Assembly (NCBI GenBank): GCA_964016885.1
Contig: OZ024742.1
Coordinates: forward strand, 25,792,001 to 25,856,000
Direction: 5' to 3'
Source: Eledone cirrhosa
Lineage: Eukaryota
Length of the DNA: 64,000 nt
The notes beneath the pieces were generated by a model. That model did not search any database, had not been told where the DNA came from, and worked only from the letters and a program-made list of their open reading frames with translations. Shown here in pieces: positions 26,755 through 41,070 of this stretch. The stretch's first letter is position 1; every line of letters begins with the position of its first letter. A program made the translations under genes and the position numbers.

Positions 26755-28260
26755 TCTATATATATATACAATATATAGTAAGAAACACAGTAAACCGTGT
26801 GTCTAAAATTACAAGGGTTGAAAAACCACATATGCTTGAAATATTTAACCACGAAACAGACAGAATGACAGAATGAAAATAAAAATATATTATCAAAATA
26901 ATACAAACCGCCTCAATAACCATTATATCTCTCGGACAGATTATCCCTAATCTGTTTCGCCCTGAGTGTGTTTGTAACAGATAATCCTGGGCTTCATCAG
27001 CGAGAGATTGCGATTAAATGCCACAAACACTATATGACAACGTTCACACAGAAAGATGAATTCATCACCTCGTGCTTCGCCAGTCAAACATGGTAAGCGC
27101 GTATTGAACAGAAATAACAGTCCAACACGCACAACTTAATAGCTCAACTTGTAAGGGAGCAGAAATATATATATGAGAATTAGAACCCTGTAACCATTAA
27201 GCTCTAAGTATAAAGTACAAATAAATACTGAGCCGATTAACAATATTTCTGCTCCCTATACTTGTACATTGAGCCCTAGCGAAGACATCGGAAAAAAAAT
27301 ATTTCAAATTGACCCGCCCTATCTGACGAAATCGAATATAATGTATCGGTTTTTGAGCGTAAGTGATCAGTTATTTCCCTTTGTTCTGTTTACATTCAGC
27401 GTAGCGTCTTACGTTCTCTTTACATTTTCTGCGTGCAAAAATTAAAAAAATGATTTCCCTTTGTTCTGTTTACATTCAGCGTAGCGTCTTACGTTCTGTT
27501 TACATTTTCTGCGTGCAAAAATTAAAAAAATTACGCTGGCTTTCTCAGCGTTTAAAATGACATTAACACAATACACGAACAGTTGTCGAGCCAGCAAAAT
27601 TTTGACCTGCAAAACTCATCAGTTCGAACACTAAGCTTCCGTTTTGCTTCATTTCCATTTAAAAGCCTTTTAAAACAATATTTTTACTTGAAAACAAGTC
27701 TATTTAAAGACTACGTAAAACAAGCAAATATTTCGTAAAAAAAAAGCAAAAATTATATAAGTTTATTTAAAATATATGTATCTGTAAATTTCGTTAGGCG
27801 TGCAGACAGACAGTCGTGCAGACAGACAGTCGTGCAGACAGACAGTCGTGCAGAGAGGTGATATAGGCGTGCAGACAGACAGTCGTGCAGAGAGGTGATA
27901 TAGGCGTGCAAACAGACAGTCGTGCAGAGAGGTGATATAGGCGTGCAGACAGACATAACTGATAATTTGGTTACGCTAATGTTTTTCTCTGCGTTGCAGT
28001 GTTTACATTTTCAATCTTTGTTAATAAATAACCAGTGCAGTTTCTATCCCCAGCATCCTCTTTTGTTATAACATTCGGGTTATCGTTATGTTTTCTTAAC
28101 TTCCTAAGGCATATTGTTGGTTGAGGGAATATTAATCAAAAACACCACATGCAAGTCTGCACAGTAGACACTACAGTTTTTAAGCCAAAAAAGAAACTTA
28201 ACATTGTAACTTTAACACAGCTACTGAGCGACCCCGAGCAACGCCGGGCTTTACTGCTAG
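26755..28260 (+). mobile_element. Non-autonomous Helitron-like element (3' end firm, 5' end tentative)
   Basis: 3' hairpin CCCGagcaacgcCGGG then CTTTACTG-CTAG|T at 28260; candidate start A|TCTATATATATA at 26755; internal tandem repeats at 27374-27530 and 27796-27953. Confidence 0.65.
26927..27008 (-). ncRNA. Canonical type I hammerhead ribozyme
   Basis: ATCTCTCG-CTGATGA-aGCCC..GGGC-GAA-ACAGATTA ggga TAATCTGT-C-CGAGAGAT. Stem I and stem III are each perfect 8-bp helices; GUC cleavage predicted between 26935 and 26934. Confidence 0.9.
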
Positions 28261-28552
28261 TAATAAATAAAGATATAAATGTTTATAGCTGATTTAGAAC
28301 ACTCAACTGTTTCCTGGAGCAAATAATCAATGAAAATAAACTTCAAATTACTCTGTATATATTTATGTATACACATACATATATATACATACACACACAC
28401 ACAACCATATACACATATATATATATATTTATATATATATATACACTTATTTACACACACACAGATATACAAAAAGTTACCTTACTACATAAATAAAAAT
28501 ACACACACACATATATATATACATATATATATACCCACATATATATATAAAT

Positions 28553-28612
<60 letters not shown>

Positions 28613-30963
28613 AACTTACATACATACACACAGAAATACATATCTATAAATAAAAAACCGGTGGGTATGTAAAGGGTAAGGTAGAACGTAGGGGTGGGGG
28701 AGAAAAATAAAGAACATAGGAAAAATGTTTAAATATAAGAGAAGATAAGGGAGGAAAAGATCATAAGGGTACAGTAAGTGAGTTCGGAGAGTAATAACAA
28801 TCGTAGTGGATGTAAAGCGTAAAGAGCAAAGAAGTTCAAGGTGGTTGAGTCATCGTAAGAATTTCAATCCAGTTACAGAGTAGATGTGATTTCAAGTGAG
28901 GACAACATCTGAAGATCTCGGTCTTAGAGTTAAGGCAAGTGGAAGTGGCTTTCACATTTTGTAGAATTCTAAATTTTGTCTGTGGTACACAATTCTTTGT
29001 GCCCCTTTGGTATTCCCTCGAATGGTCTAAAATAGACCAATCGATAGAGTACGCGATGTTTTTGTCTTTGAATTCCCACATCTGATTTTCGAGAGCCGTT
29101 GCTGTTCTTTTATCAGAGTTTTTAAAAGAAGGGACATGTGCATAAACCCTGGTTTTGAACCTGTTCTGGGTCATGCCAACATATCGTTCACTTCTGACTG
29201 GCTGGTTGTTAATCAACGGTGTCACTTTGGCCTCATATACAACGGATTTTGTATTACATTTTCCCTGTAATGGGCATTCATCCGGCTTCCTGCAACTGCA
29301 TCCTGGATTTATTCTCGTTCGATTAGAGTTGGTCATTTTAGAATTCTAGATGGACAGCAAGAGTAACTGATTTTAACTACATTTCTATTAAATATTTTAC
29401 AATAGGGGGATTATTAGGGGGAACATTTTTGTCTAGGAAGTCAAGGAATTTCTATCCTACATTAGTTTTGACAGATAGAGAGAAGGGGTGTGTAAACCAA
29501 ATAATTTTCCTTTTCCTATTATTGTGATTAGTTTTAGGGGGAGGAGTAATTAAATATTTAACATGTTCTGTAAAGCCGCTGTTATTGAGGGCCTTATTAT
29601 AATAAGGAGTGGCTTTGTTAAAAATATCTAGAGACGAAGCTAAGGTAGAAATCCTACGGCTAATATTGGGAATAAGATTTTTAAAAACTATAGGGGGATG
29701 GCAAGACTCTTTGTGTATATACCTTAGATTCTTGTTAGGTTTATGATAAGCTTTTAAAGAGGCAGTAAGTAGATCAAGATTAATGTCAAGAAAGTTAGCA
29801 TTGCTAAGGTTCGTATGTATAGTAATTTTAAAGTTTAGGTTAGCAAAAGTATTGATTAAAACTTTACGGAATTTATCAAGGTTATGGCCGTTAGTTTTAT
29901 GAGAAACTGATAATCCGTCGTCACGGTATAAACCTATATTATGGGAAGTAAGCTTTTCTTTAAGGGTGTGGAGAAGAAATAATCCTACTAAGTCACACAT
30001 ATCCGCACCCATCGCAACATCAAAAGAGTTTTCAGGGCTTGACTTTTTAACCCAATTACTTTCATTAGTAAAGAGTAGAGTTTTCCTAGCATGAAAGATA
30101 ATGTCTTCTTCTAATTTAGAAATATTAATGAAAGGTCTTGCAAAATCTAAGGCTTTAGTTAATAAGGAAACAGTAATAGAGGGATAAAAATCAACAATAT
30201 CAAATTGGGTAAATCTACACTTATTTTTACCTTGTATATTATTAAATCAAGAACTAATAGAGGATGTATTTAACCATTGTGATAAGTCAGTCTTAGTTCT
30301 AATTTGGAGAATTATTTTTCTTAAGATTTTTTTACTTACAAGGCCAACTTCGGATTTAGCCGTGTTAATCAGTCTACAGATAGGTCGATTAGTAAAGGCT
30401 AATTTATGGTCTTTAAGGGTAATATATTGTTTACGTTTAGCTAGGCTTTCAATTCGGTTGTCTATTTAAAAAAAACTAGCTAGTTCTTTAGCTTCTTTAT
30501 TAATAGTAATGTAAGTGTTATTGTTAGCTAATTGATATTTGTTGGTGATACTATTAGTTAAAAGTTGGTTAAACAAAATACTATTTACTTCAAAGAGACT
30601 TTTAGTTTTATCGGAAAGAACAAAAGTGTTTGTAGTATTTGTAAAATTAGAAATGTCGTTAGAAAGTTTAGTTTGAAAGTTATTGTTGTACTTACGAAAT
30701 TTGATATCACTAACTAAATTAACACGGTCTAATTCGAAGTTGGCCATGTCTTTAATTCTAGGTGGGTATTTACGGGATTTTATGTCAAAACAATCATTCG
30801 TATCAGCACTGAATAGCCATAGTAAACCATTGCCTTCCATCTCATTTTGTTAACGACTTGTTCAATTTTATCTATAAGCAGCTTGGTATAAGTTGTGTTG
30901 GAAGGAATAGGTATATTTTTGATTGAATAATCCAATTCATAAAGGTCCATGGTGTATGTTGGT

Positions 30964-30966
<3 letters not shown>
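28261..30966 (-). mobile_element. Near full-length decayed Naiad-like Penelope element
   Basis: Coding region 30950-28836 plus about 570 bp of 3' UTR; abuts (TA)n at its 5' end. Confidence 0.88.
28836..30950 (-). pseudogene. Naiad-like PLE RT plus GIY-YIG ORF, disrupted
   Basis: MDLYELDYSIKNIPIP...KMRWKA; ITLKDHK..CRLIN..KSEVG; FTQFDIVDFYPSI; FDVAMG; GLYRDDGL; RKIIWF; CSCRKPDECPLQGKC; VVYEAKV..YVGMT..FKTR. Stops at 30466 and 30247, plus frameshifts. Confidence 0.92.
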
Positions 30967-31437
<471 letters not shown>

Positions 31438-31451
31438 GTATATATATATAA

Positions 31452-31574
<123 letters not shown>

Positions 31575-31608
31575 TAGATATATTTCTTTATTTGTATATA
31601 GATAGATA

Positions 31609-34600
31609 GATTTCTTTATTTACCATAAAGGCATAAAAAGAAGGGACAAATACAAAGGGGGGAGTTTACATACAATCGAGTAAAAAGGGTATAACATGAA
31701 AATAATCGAAAATAACCTCAAAAGGGTGGGGACGTGATGGGGGTTGCACACACCCCCGAAAAAGTGTGCAATCCTTTGCCCGGGGAGCACATGGAGAAGG
31801 TGCTCCCCTCTCCTTTACTTCTTTACCTACAGGATGGTATACAGAGAAGGCCCATTTACACGAACCATTCTCGCCACTATCACCCACCTTTTATAAAACT
31901 GCCTGTGGCCAAGCACCTCTCTCTCCATTCTTATCCTTCTTCCGAAGTGATATCGGAAGAAGTAGACCAGACTATGGCCAGAGAGGAAGTTGCCTGACCT
32001 CAGACCTTTCAATCGTATCCACCAAACAACCTCTTTCAACATGGCTATTACGCACAGAAAAACCGCCTTTGCTTCCTTTGTGAAGAGGGGAGGCGGCTTG
32101 ATTGTCACCACGGACTCGGCGGTCAATTGAATCGGCGCCACCCGCGACAGCAGTCGTTCGGCGTAGCCCCACAGATCAGCCACGCCCGGACATTGCATCA
32201 ATGCGTGCGTAACGGTTTCTTCGTGACGCACGCATCTAGGGCAAATCTTTTTTGAGGGATCCCTGCCCGGGCGCCCGTGTCTGTAGAGCCTCTCTCTAAC
32301 TGGTAGAGCCCCTCGGTAGCACTGCCAGGCCAGTGACTTCTGGAAGTTGTCCATTGGTCCTGGGCCGAAAGTCCTACCAAACAGGCTGGCCAGTTCGTCT
32401 TCCTCCATGTCTAGCGACTCTCCAAGGGTGTCATCGCCCCTGCTAGCCACCAGCCCTCTATAGAATGATGAGGTGGATTCTCCACCGATGGCCTGGCTCG
32501 CTTGCCAGAGAGCCCTGAGCGCCTGAGCACACTCAGTGTGCCAGTCTCCCAGTTTTCTGGATCTTTGCTTGACCCAGGACTGTAGCTCGGTGAGCGAGAC
32601 GAGTCTCGGAAAGGCTCGTTTAACGAACGGAGCCCACACCGGTTGACCAGTGAGGAATACCTGTAGGTGCCGTAGCCTTAATGCGTGCCTACGCATCATC
32701 AACCACGGCATCCCCAGCCCTCCTTTCGAAGGTTGTTGGCAGCAGATGGATCTTCTCACCATAGGAGGGCGCTTCTTCCAAAGAAATTGGAAGAGCATGC
32801 GTTCCATGGTGGTGAGTGTTTCCTTAGAGCAAGGCACGACAGTCAGGCGGTAGTAAGTGACGGACGCTATGTAAATGTTCGCCACCTCCGCCCGGCCTTT
32901 TAAGGACAGCTTACACTTGGCCCATTTCTGGGTTAGTGCAAACACCTTTTTTCGTAACCTCGTTCCAGTTCTTTTCCACCTGGATGTCCGGTCCAAACCA
33001 GACCCCAAGCAACTTTACCGGGCCCTTCGTCCAGTGTCCGACGACACCGTCGGGAGGCATCGGTCTGCCTCTCCACGTTCCGAGTTGCAGCCCGATGGAT
33101 TTTTCCCGGTTCAGTTTCGCTCCTGACAACCTTTCGTAATCCTCCAGTAAGGTACCGATCGCCTCGATCTCCGAGTCGGTCGATACCATTACTGTTACGT
33201 CATCGGCGTAGGCCGACACCGCTTTGCTCAATCCTGGTTCCAGGGGGATACCCTGCAACAACTCCAACTTCCTCAGTAACGGCTCGAGAGTCAATACGTA
33301 CAGAAGGGAGGAGAGAAGGCACCCCTGTCGAATGGATCGTGTGATTTCGAACGGCTTCGAAAGGTAGCCGTTCACCTTGATCCTAAAACAGATGTGGTTG
33401 CTATGTAAGGCAGTGATCCAGCCTCTGAAAACAGGACCGAACCCAGCCGCCGCTAGCACCGCATCCAGGTAACCATGGTCGACCCTATCGAAGGCCTTAG
33501 ACTGATCCAAGTTGATCAGGGCCCCACCGAAGCCGGGTTTGTTTCCAACCCTCTCTATGATGTATCGCATGAGGTGGAGGTTATCGGGAATGGACCTGGA
33601 TGGATAGCACATGTCTGCGCATCTCCCACCAGGCCACCCACGACAAGCGCCAACCTCTTTGCTAACACCTTGGCCAAAATCTTTAACTCTGTGTTTAGCA
33701 GGGTTATGGGCCGAAAATTATTTATACTATCTCCCGTGTTCTCGTCCTTCCTCACCAGCGTGACTACGCCCTTGGCTACAGAACAAGGAATTCTCCCGTT
33801 CTGCTGCCAATTGCAGTAGACCGCTTCGAGGAGTTCGGAGAAGAAGACCGGCATTGCTAAATAAAGTTCGTAAGGTACCATCGAGACCTGGAGATTTGCG
33901 TCTGCTGCATTGGCTCAGCGCATCTCCGATCTCATCAGCCGAGATTGGTCCCTCGCAGGACTCTCCCTCTTCGCTCGAGAGACGCGGCAGGCCGTCGAGG
34001 TATGGACCGAAATCCACGCCCCCGCCCGGAGCCTCGCCTCCCCCGAACAATCGGGCAAAGTGCCTTTGAAAGGCCTCGCACATCTGCTTAGGCTCCCGGA
34101 TCACCCCTCCATCTTCGTCTTGCAACGACCGGATGGTGGATCGATTTCCACTCTTAGCTTCTGTCACGCGGGCCCAGTCAACGGCTTTGGCCCCCTCATT
34201 ACCTAGAGCACGTATTTTACTTCGAATGAAGCAGCCTTCGTGCTTTGCATCGAAAAACTGGTTCAAGGCCGTCCTCGATGCCAGCACTCTGGCCACATCT
34301 TCGCTCTTGATTGCCTCTTCTAATTTACCTGTTAATTCTTTCTCGTTTCTATTCCTATCGGCAGCTAACATCTTGCTATAACTTATTGATTCTGTTTTAA
34401 TCTCTCTTTTGAGAGATGCCCACCATCGGTTGTTGACGATTGCACCCGTCAACCTCTCCTTAACTAATCTGCTAATCCGGTTTCTGTAAGTCTCTTTTGC
34501 CGGTAAAGACAAATTAAGTTTCCAGTAACCGGGACCCTGTTTATGTGTTTTCTCGAGATTGACTACGCAGGTCACTAATTTGTGATCCGTGTAGCCAACC

Positions 34601-35330
34601 GTGCGCATTTCTGGACAGCTTAATATGTCCCTATCCTTACTTCTAACTAAGAATCTATCTAAGTACGATCTAGATTGACCACTGTGGTTTCTCCAAGTCC
34701 AGGTAGGCACAGTTGGAAAATCTAGTCGATATCTATCGACCAAGTTAAAACGGTCGAGTAACCCCTTGAGGCTGTTACGCCCGTCTCTATTAGGACATGC
34801 TCCTGCATAGTCCCAACGTGCATCTAGGATGTCATTCCAATCCCCCGCTAGAAGCAGGGAACGCGACGTTCCCAGAAAAGTCTGGAAGAAATCGGACCGT
34901 TCAAAACGCTGGAAGAAATCGGACCGTTCAGCTCCGAAAGGGGAGTAGACGGCGACCAATCTTAAGGCCGCACCTTCACTACTGCCAACGTCTAGCACCA
35001 ACAAAAGACCCTCCGGGTCCGAGTGCACAACCTGTACGGCAAGACCCAGGTATTTTTGCAGCAGTACGACAACCCCACCCCCACCTCCAGGTTGACAGAG
35101 AGATGCATGCACCTCAAAGTCATCGAAGGTAGGGGCCAGCTGCCGCACGACGCTGATCCGAGTCTCACAGATAATCATTACATTTATACCACATGACCTG
35201 AGGTCATTTAGAAGCTTTGCTTGCTTCCAAGTTGAGCCCAGGCCACGTGCATTTAAACATCCTACTCTTAACACATCCATGTGGGCGGCAGAGCCAAAGG
35301 AGAGTGTAGAGACCTACCTTTCCGCAAACT
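31609..35330 (-). mobile_element. Tx1/L1-clade LINE, 5'-truncated just upstream of ORF2
   Basis: Complete ORF2 plus a 3' UTR ending AATAAAGAAATC that runs into (TATC)/(TA)n. Confidence 0.92.
31827..35280 (-). pseudogene. LINE ORF2 (APE endonuclease, RT, zinc finger), three frameshifts
   Basis: CLNARGL, AGDWND, YLDRF, YTDHK, GPGYWKLN, KSPGLDG, RPITLLN, LDQSKAFDRV, IRQGC, AYADD, CPRC..EETVTHALMQC. Confidence 0.95.
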
Positions 35331-35500
35331 TGAATGTCACCACACAATATGAACCTGAAGATTGCGAAAGCATGAAAGTACTTATTCAATTAACACTTAA
35401 CATTTAATATTCTACCATACTATTTCATTCTAATACCATTATACATTTTAAAGAATTGTAAATAAAACAAGTAAATCAGACAAAGCTGGAATTCATTTTA

Positions 35501-35539
<39 letters not shown>

Positions 35540-35584
35540 TCAATGATATTAAATACACGGAAACTATATTTATAAAACGATATT

Positions 35585-35645
35585 TATTATATTATATATA
35601 TTTCAAAGGTACCAAACCTTTGGTACTTCCTCATCAGATAAAATA
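35585..35645 (-). ncRNA. Minimal type I hammerhead ribozyme
   Basis: TATTTTAT-CTGATGA-GGAAGTACCA aaggtt TGGTACCTTT-GAA-ATA ta TAT-A-ATATAATA; same stem I 5' strand as the 11797 HHR. Confidence 0.75.
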
Positions 35646-35760
35646 CAAAGTTTGTTATATAAATATTGTCATAACCAGGAAAGAACTTAACGGTTGATGT
35701 TTTTTCTATTGAATTACCAACAAATTGAATATCCATTTTGCTTATATATGTATATATATA

Positions 35761-35864
<104 letters not shown>

Positions 35865-35989
35865 GACACTGTCTACTACTACCAATACTGTATATTTATA
35901 TCTATTGACACTGTCTACTACTGCCAATACAATAGATACACATATTTACAACTACCATCGCCAAAGATACATATACTATGTACCAGGGC

Positions 35990-37125
35990 CAACTCCATAG
36001 ATACATATACTATGTATCATTACCAATTCTATAGATACATATACTATCTATCATTACCAACTCTATAGATACATATACTATGTATCATTACCAATTCTAT
36101 AGATACATATACTATCTATCATTACCAACTCTATAGATACATATACTATGTACCATATCCAACTCTATAGATACATATACTATGTACCTTAGCCAACTCT
36201 ATAGATACATATACTATGTACCATGGCCAACTCTATAGAAACATATACTATGTACCATGGCCAACTCTATAGATACATATACTATCTACCAGGGTCAACT
36301 CTATAGATACATATACTATGTACCTTAGCCAACTCTATAGATACATATACTATGTACCATGGCCAATTCTATAGATACATATACTATGTACCTTAGCCAA
36401 CTCTATAGTCACATATGCTATGTACCTTAGCCAATTGTATATATACATATACTATGTACCAGCGCCAACTTCATAGATACATATACTATGTATCAGGGCC
36501 AACTCTATAGATACATATACTATGTACCAGGGCCAACAGTATATATACATATACTATGTACCATGGCCAACTCTATACATACAAATACTATGTAGCTGTC
36601 CAACTCTATAGATACATATACTATGTACCTGTCCAACTCTATAGATACATATACTATGTACCTTAGCCAACTCTATATATACATATACTATGTACCAGGG
36701 CCAACTCTATATATACATATACTATGTACCATGTCCAACTCTATAGATACATATACTATGTACCAGGGCCAACTCTATATTTACATATACTATGTACCTT
36801 AGCCAACTGTATAGATACATATACTATGTACCTTAGCCAACTCTATAGACACATATACTATGTACCTTAGCCAACTCTATAGATACAAATACTATGTACC
36901 AGGGGAAACTCTATTGACACATATACTATGTACCTTAGCCAACTCTATAGATACATATACTATGTACCATGGCCAATTCTATAGATACATATACTATGTA
37001 CCTTAGCCAACTCTATAGACACATATACTATGTACCTTAGTCAACTCTATAGATATAAATACTATGTACCAGGGCCAACTCTATAGACACATATACTGTG
37101 TACCTTAGTCAACTCTATAGATACA
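35990..37125 (+). repeat. 34-bp minisatellite CCAACTCTATAGATACATATACTATGTACC(NNNN), about 33 units
   Basis: Period 34 (for example 36193 to 36227); the last 4 nt vary (TTAG/ATGG/AGGG). Confidence 0.95.
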
Positions 37126-37157
37126 TAGACAACCTCTAGCGTTATTATGAATGCATA

Positions 37158-37344
37158 AAGGGCGGTGAATTGGCCGTATCGGTAGAGGGTTGGACGCCAT
37201 GCTTTCTAGCATAGTTACATCCCTTTACAGACTGAGTTCAAATCCCGTCGAGGTTAACTTCGTCTTTCATCCTTACGGGGTCGATAAAGTTAAGTAACAG
37301 TAATGCACTGGGTAATTGCTGGCCTTGTGCCAAAAGTAGAAACA
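37158..37344 (+). mobile_element. OK-like SINE, full length, with 17-bp TSD
   Basis: TSD GTTATTATGAATGCATA at 37141-37157 and 37345-37361; A box TGGCCGTATCGG; B box GTTCAAATCC. Confidence 0.92.
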
Positions 37345-37643
37345 GTTATTATGAATGCATACACACAATATAGTCTTACAAACATAATGGATACACACAT
37401 ACAGTGTACTACTACCATCACAAACCTCCACTATCGGCATTATGAGTACATACACACATACATAACACACTCACAGCCACACTCTACACATACACACTGA
37501 CACGACCACTGCCACACACACACACATACAATTGTCTTACCAACATTATGGACACAAAGACACTGTGTACTACTACCAAGACGAATCCCTCACTCATACA
37601 CACATACACACTCACACACACACACACACACACATACACACAG

Positions 37644-37681
<38 letters not shown>

Positions 37682-37988
37682 CACTTAAGGACATATGCAT
37701 TATGTACTAATAAAATTGCTGAAATGAAGACAGCACTTCTACATGGCATCAGTATATACTACTACTAACACAACCGCCACCGTTGCTGCTGCTGTTGTTA
37801 CTACCACCACCGCTACTACTACTACTACTACTAATATTACTACTACCACCACCGCTACTACTACTACTACTAATACTACTACCACCACTACTAATACTAC
37901 TGTTACTCCTCCTCCTCCTCCTTCTCCTCCTCCTACTACTACTACTGCTGCTACTACTACTACTGCTGCTGCTACTGCTGCTACTACT

Positions 37989-38023
<35 letters not shown>

Positions 38024-38027
<4 letters not shown>

Positions 38028-38708
38028 TCGTCGACTACTGTCGAGATGATGGACTCACCCTCAAGCCCCAGAATTCCCTGTCCCCCATCGCTGCCCCCAG
38101 GTCCTGTCTACTGATTCCCGTATCCCTAGAGATAACGTCAGGGAATGACAACTTCCTACGCCTAGTCAGGCTGGAGTCAGGGTTCCAGAGCAAGAGAGCG
38201 GATATGATTTCATTGCTGGCACGGTGACAGTGGCCAGCAAATTGAGCTCTCCGGGATTTTAGAAGGGCAGAGACTCGAGGGAGTTTGCCATAGATTTTAG
38301 ACAAGGTGGGATGTCGTTTCCAGGATAGGTTTTGCACGCTCATTAAGAGGCGGGTATATGTGCCATCCAATCTCCTCTCAAGTTGTGATGTTAGTTACCA
38401 AGTTTCGGATCCATAAAGTAATATGGGCTTAATGGTTGCTTGGAATATTTCCAGTTTTAGCTTGTTGGTAAGTTGAGATGTCCATATGGCGTGCATGTCA
38501 TTGCACGCTGACCATGCCATGCCATTCCTGGTTAGAAAATCTTTTTTGGAGGAGGAGATATATGAGCCAAGATACTTGTAATCTTCCACCTGCTTAAGGG
38601 TGGTACCATTAAGGGTTCTGGTGGGGTAGTTTGGGCTGATTGCGCATCTGTTCACATACTCAGTCTTGGATTCGTTGAGGTACAGTCCAACACAGTTGGA
38701 CGCTTGCT
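38024..38708 (-). pseudogene. 5'-truncated RTE-clade LINE RT C-terminus between (TAC)n arrays
   Basis: VGLYLNESKTE..LKQVEDYKYLGS..ILLYGSETW..LDGTYTRLL..AGHCHR; the 3' end runs into (AGT)n. Confidence 0.88.
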
Positions 38709-38745
<37 letters not shown>

Positions 38746-38803
38746 GCATACTACTACCATTACTACTACTACTACTACTACTGCTGCTGCTGCTACTACT
38801 ACT

Positions 38804-38884
<81 letters not shown>

Positions 38885-38899
38885 GCTAATTGCTGCCTG

Positions 38900-38986
<87 letters not shown>

Positions 38987-40792
38987 ACTCGCTCATATAT
39001 TCCTGAGAAGGTCGTGAGGGTAGAGTTCTCAAACTCTTCTAAAAGCAAGTTATGTCAGAAGTAGCCGTCTCCAATTGATCCGGCTGCATCAGCAACAGAG
39101 ACCAATCACGGTGTTGGATTTATACGTTAGGGAAGCCTGGGAAATCCAGGTTTTAAGACAGGGGAGGGAAGGATCTCATGCACAAAAAAACCCTCATTTT
39201 ACATGTGAAAATAATTGGGATCGAAAATTTATTCATACAGGTATTAAACTCAAGCATTCTAACCACCCTAAAATTAAAAAGCCCAGCTGAGGGTACAAAT
39301 ATATTACTATGGCTGTGGTTGGAGGTTCCACTGCGGGCCCCGTGTGACAATTTCCCCCTCTATACTCCATTAAATCAGGCCCTCACATATCCGAACTCAT
39401 GGTTGTTATCCAACCATATCGCTGTTGGTCTACCTACCACTGGGTCTCTTGCTGGTTGGTTTTGCTCGTAAAAGCTGTCCAGCGATTCTTTCCTCTAGAT
39501 ATTTTAACTTCATGCCCGGTCGTGGAAATATATAATAGCATTAGAACTGCATTACAATAGAAATTGAAGTCATTATCCCAATACTGCAATATTTCTCAGT
39601 GAGCTCTCCTGTAGTAAAAATACTATAAATATTTGAATTAAAATTGTTTTTAGACACTTACATTTTCTGCTAAATCATTACAGTGTGTTAAGAGTTGATG
39701 GCAGAATTACAGCAAATGTTAGCTAGTGTTAGTTATGTGGTAAACAGCAATATATAATAGATTGTTATGTAGGTATGTTAGTTTTAATGTTTAATGTGAG
39801 GAGCATAAAAACTCTAAACTATAGATTAAATATTTAGAGAGGAAACATTACTATATTTCATTGACCAATATTTCGTCCATTTGTGAAGGCGCCTGGCTTA
39901 ATGTTTAGCCTGATAGCCTCATGATTGACTTTGATTGAGTTCGATTACCGGTGCCGGGTCCTGTCCTAGCATTTTGTTTCACATTGATCTCGTCCATTCA
40001 GCTGTCAAACCTACTTGTATTTTTAAGTCAGAGACAACCGTGTCAAGCTGAATCTGCTTGAGAAATGAGTTATGGATTCACTTGTAAGTTAATTTCATGA
40101 ACAGGCTGTCCGTTTATTTTAACAACCTGAGCGATTTTTCCTTAAACCGACGGAGATCCAACTCTTTCCTTTGATTCATTTGCAAGAACGGGAGATAAAT
40201 TAAGGAAAGGTTACTCTCCAAATACGTGAGTTACTAAACGGAGAATTACCATATCCGCTAGATATTTCTCGTGTTATTTTCTCTGATGTCCCCAACTCGG
40301 ACTCATCTGGATAATGGATGGTAACTCTGAAAATATTTGGGATTATTTAGCATTGATAAGGCAACTCCCTATCGTCCTAACTCTTTTAATTTACTTCAAT
40401 GTGTTCTTTGTTCTTCTTATTTATTACCTTGGTGTTTTTACCAAACAGGCATTGTCAGGCTTCCAAATAACCAAACTTATTTTTTATTTGTATCGCATAT
40501 TTCACAATACTTCAAGTAAACTACCATACTTTATTATAACCACTTGTATTATTTGTTCTAGCTCTCTGACCTCTTATAACAAATGACTTTAATGTTAGCT
40601 TTACATTTCATTCGAACAGGGTATATAAATTATATTATTTCGGGGCGGCATAGGAGTCTTTTAGAGTGTCGAACGAGATTTCTTCTGGTATTTGTTGCCG
40701 TTTTTTCGGTTATAAGTTTAAAATTCCATTGTCATCTACTTCGATGATAGTTTAAATAATTCCTCAGATTTAACACCACTTCCTGGCCACAA

Positions 40793-41070
40793 GTGAAGAC
40801 GTGTGGCCTAGTGGTAAGTGTATTGGAGTTACGATCATAGCATCGAACGTTTGATTCGTAGACTGGTTTGTGAGTTGCATTTTGGAGCAAAACACTTCAT
40901 TTCACGTTGCTCCAGTAAACTCAGCTAGAAATAAGTACTAGCACTAGCTGGGACTTTAATCGTGCGACTGACTGGTGTTATGCTCAGGTAGAAATTTTGA
41001 ACTCTCAGTCGCTTCGCGCCACAGAAACCAGGATATATCCCAATCTGATGAACCTCCAGGTTTGAGACGG
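40793..41070 (+). mobile_element. Second-family tRNA-SINE
   Basis: TGGCCTAGTGGTAAG A box, GTTTGATTCG B box, GAGCAAAACACTTCATTTCACGTTGCTCCAG domain. Confidence 0.7.

Noticed and set aside
27575-27630. CTGATGAG...CTCGACAAC motif inside the Helitron
   Set aside because: No GAAA and no proper stem II or III.
30247-30249. In-frame TGA in the Naiad ORF as possible selenocysteine (known in some Naiads)
   Set aside because: It replaces the conserved Trp of the WF motif (TGG to TGA), not a Cys. The linker cysteines are normal codons and the ORF has other lesions.
35990-37125. CRISPR-like array of 30-bp repeats
   Set aside because: The variable part is only 4 nt and recurrent; no unique spacers, no cas genes, eukaryotic context.
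37158-37260. tRNA gene
   Set aside because: The A and B boxes belong to a SINE head with TSD and tail; no cloverleaf.
39300-39500. Possible RTE C-terminal relic (GRPTAIWLDN, minus strand)
   Set aside because: A single short motif, too decayed to support.
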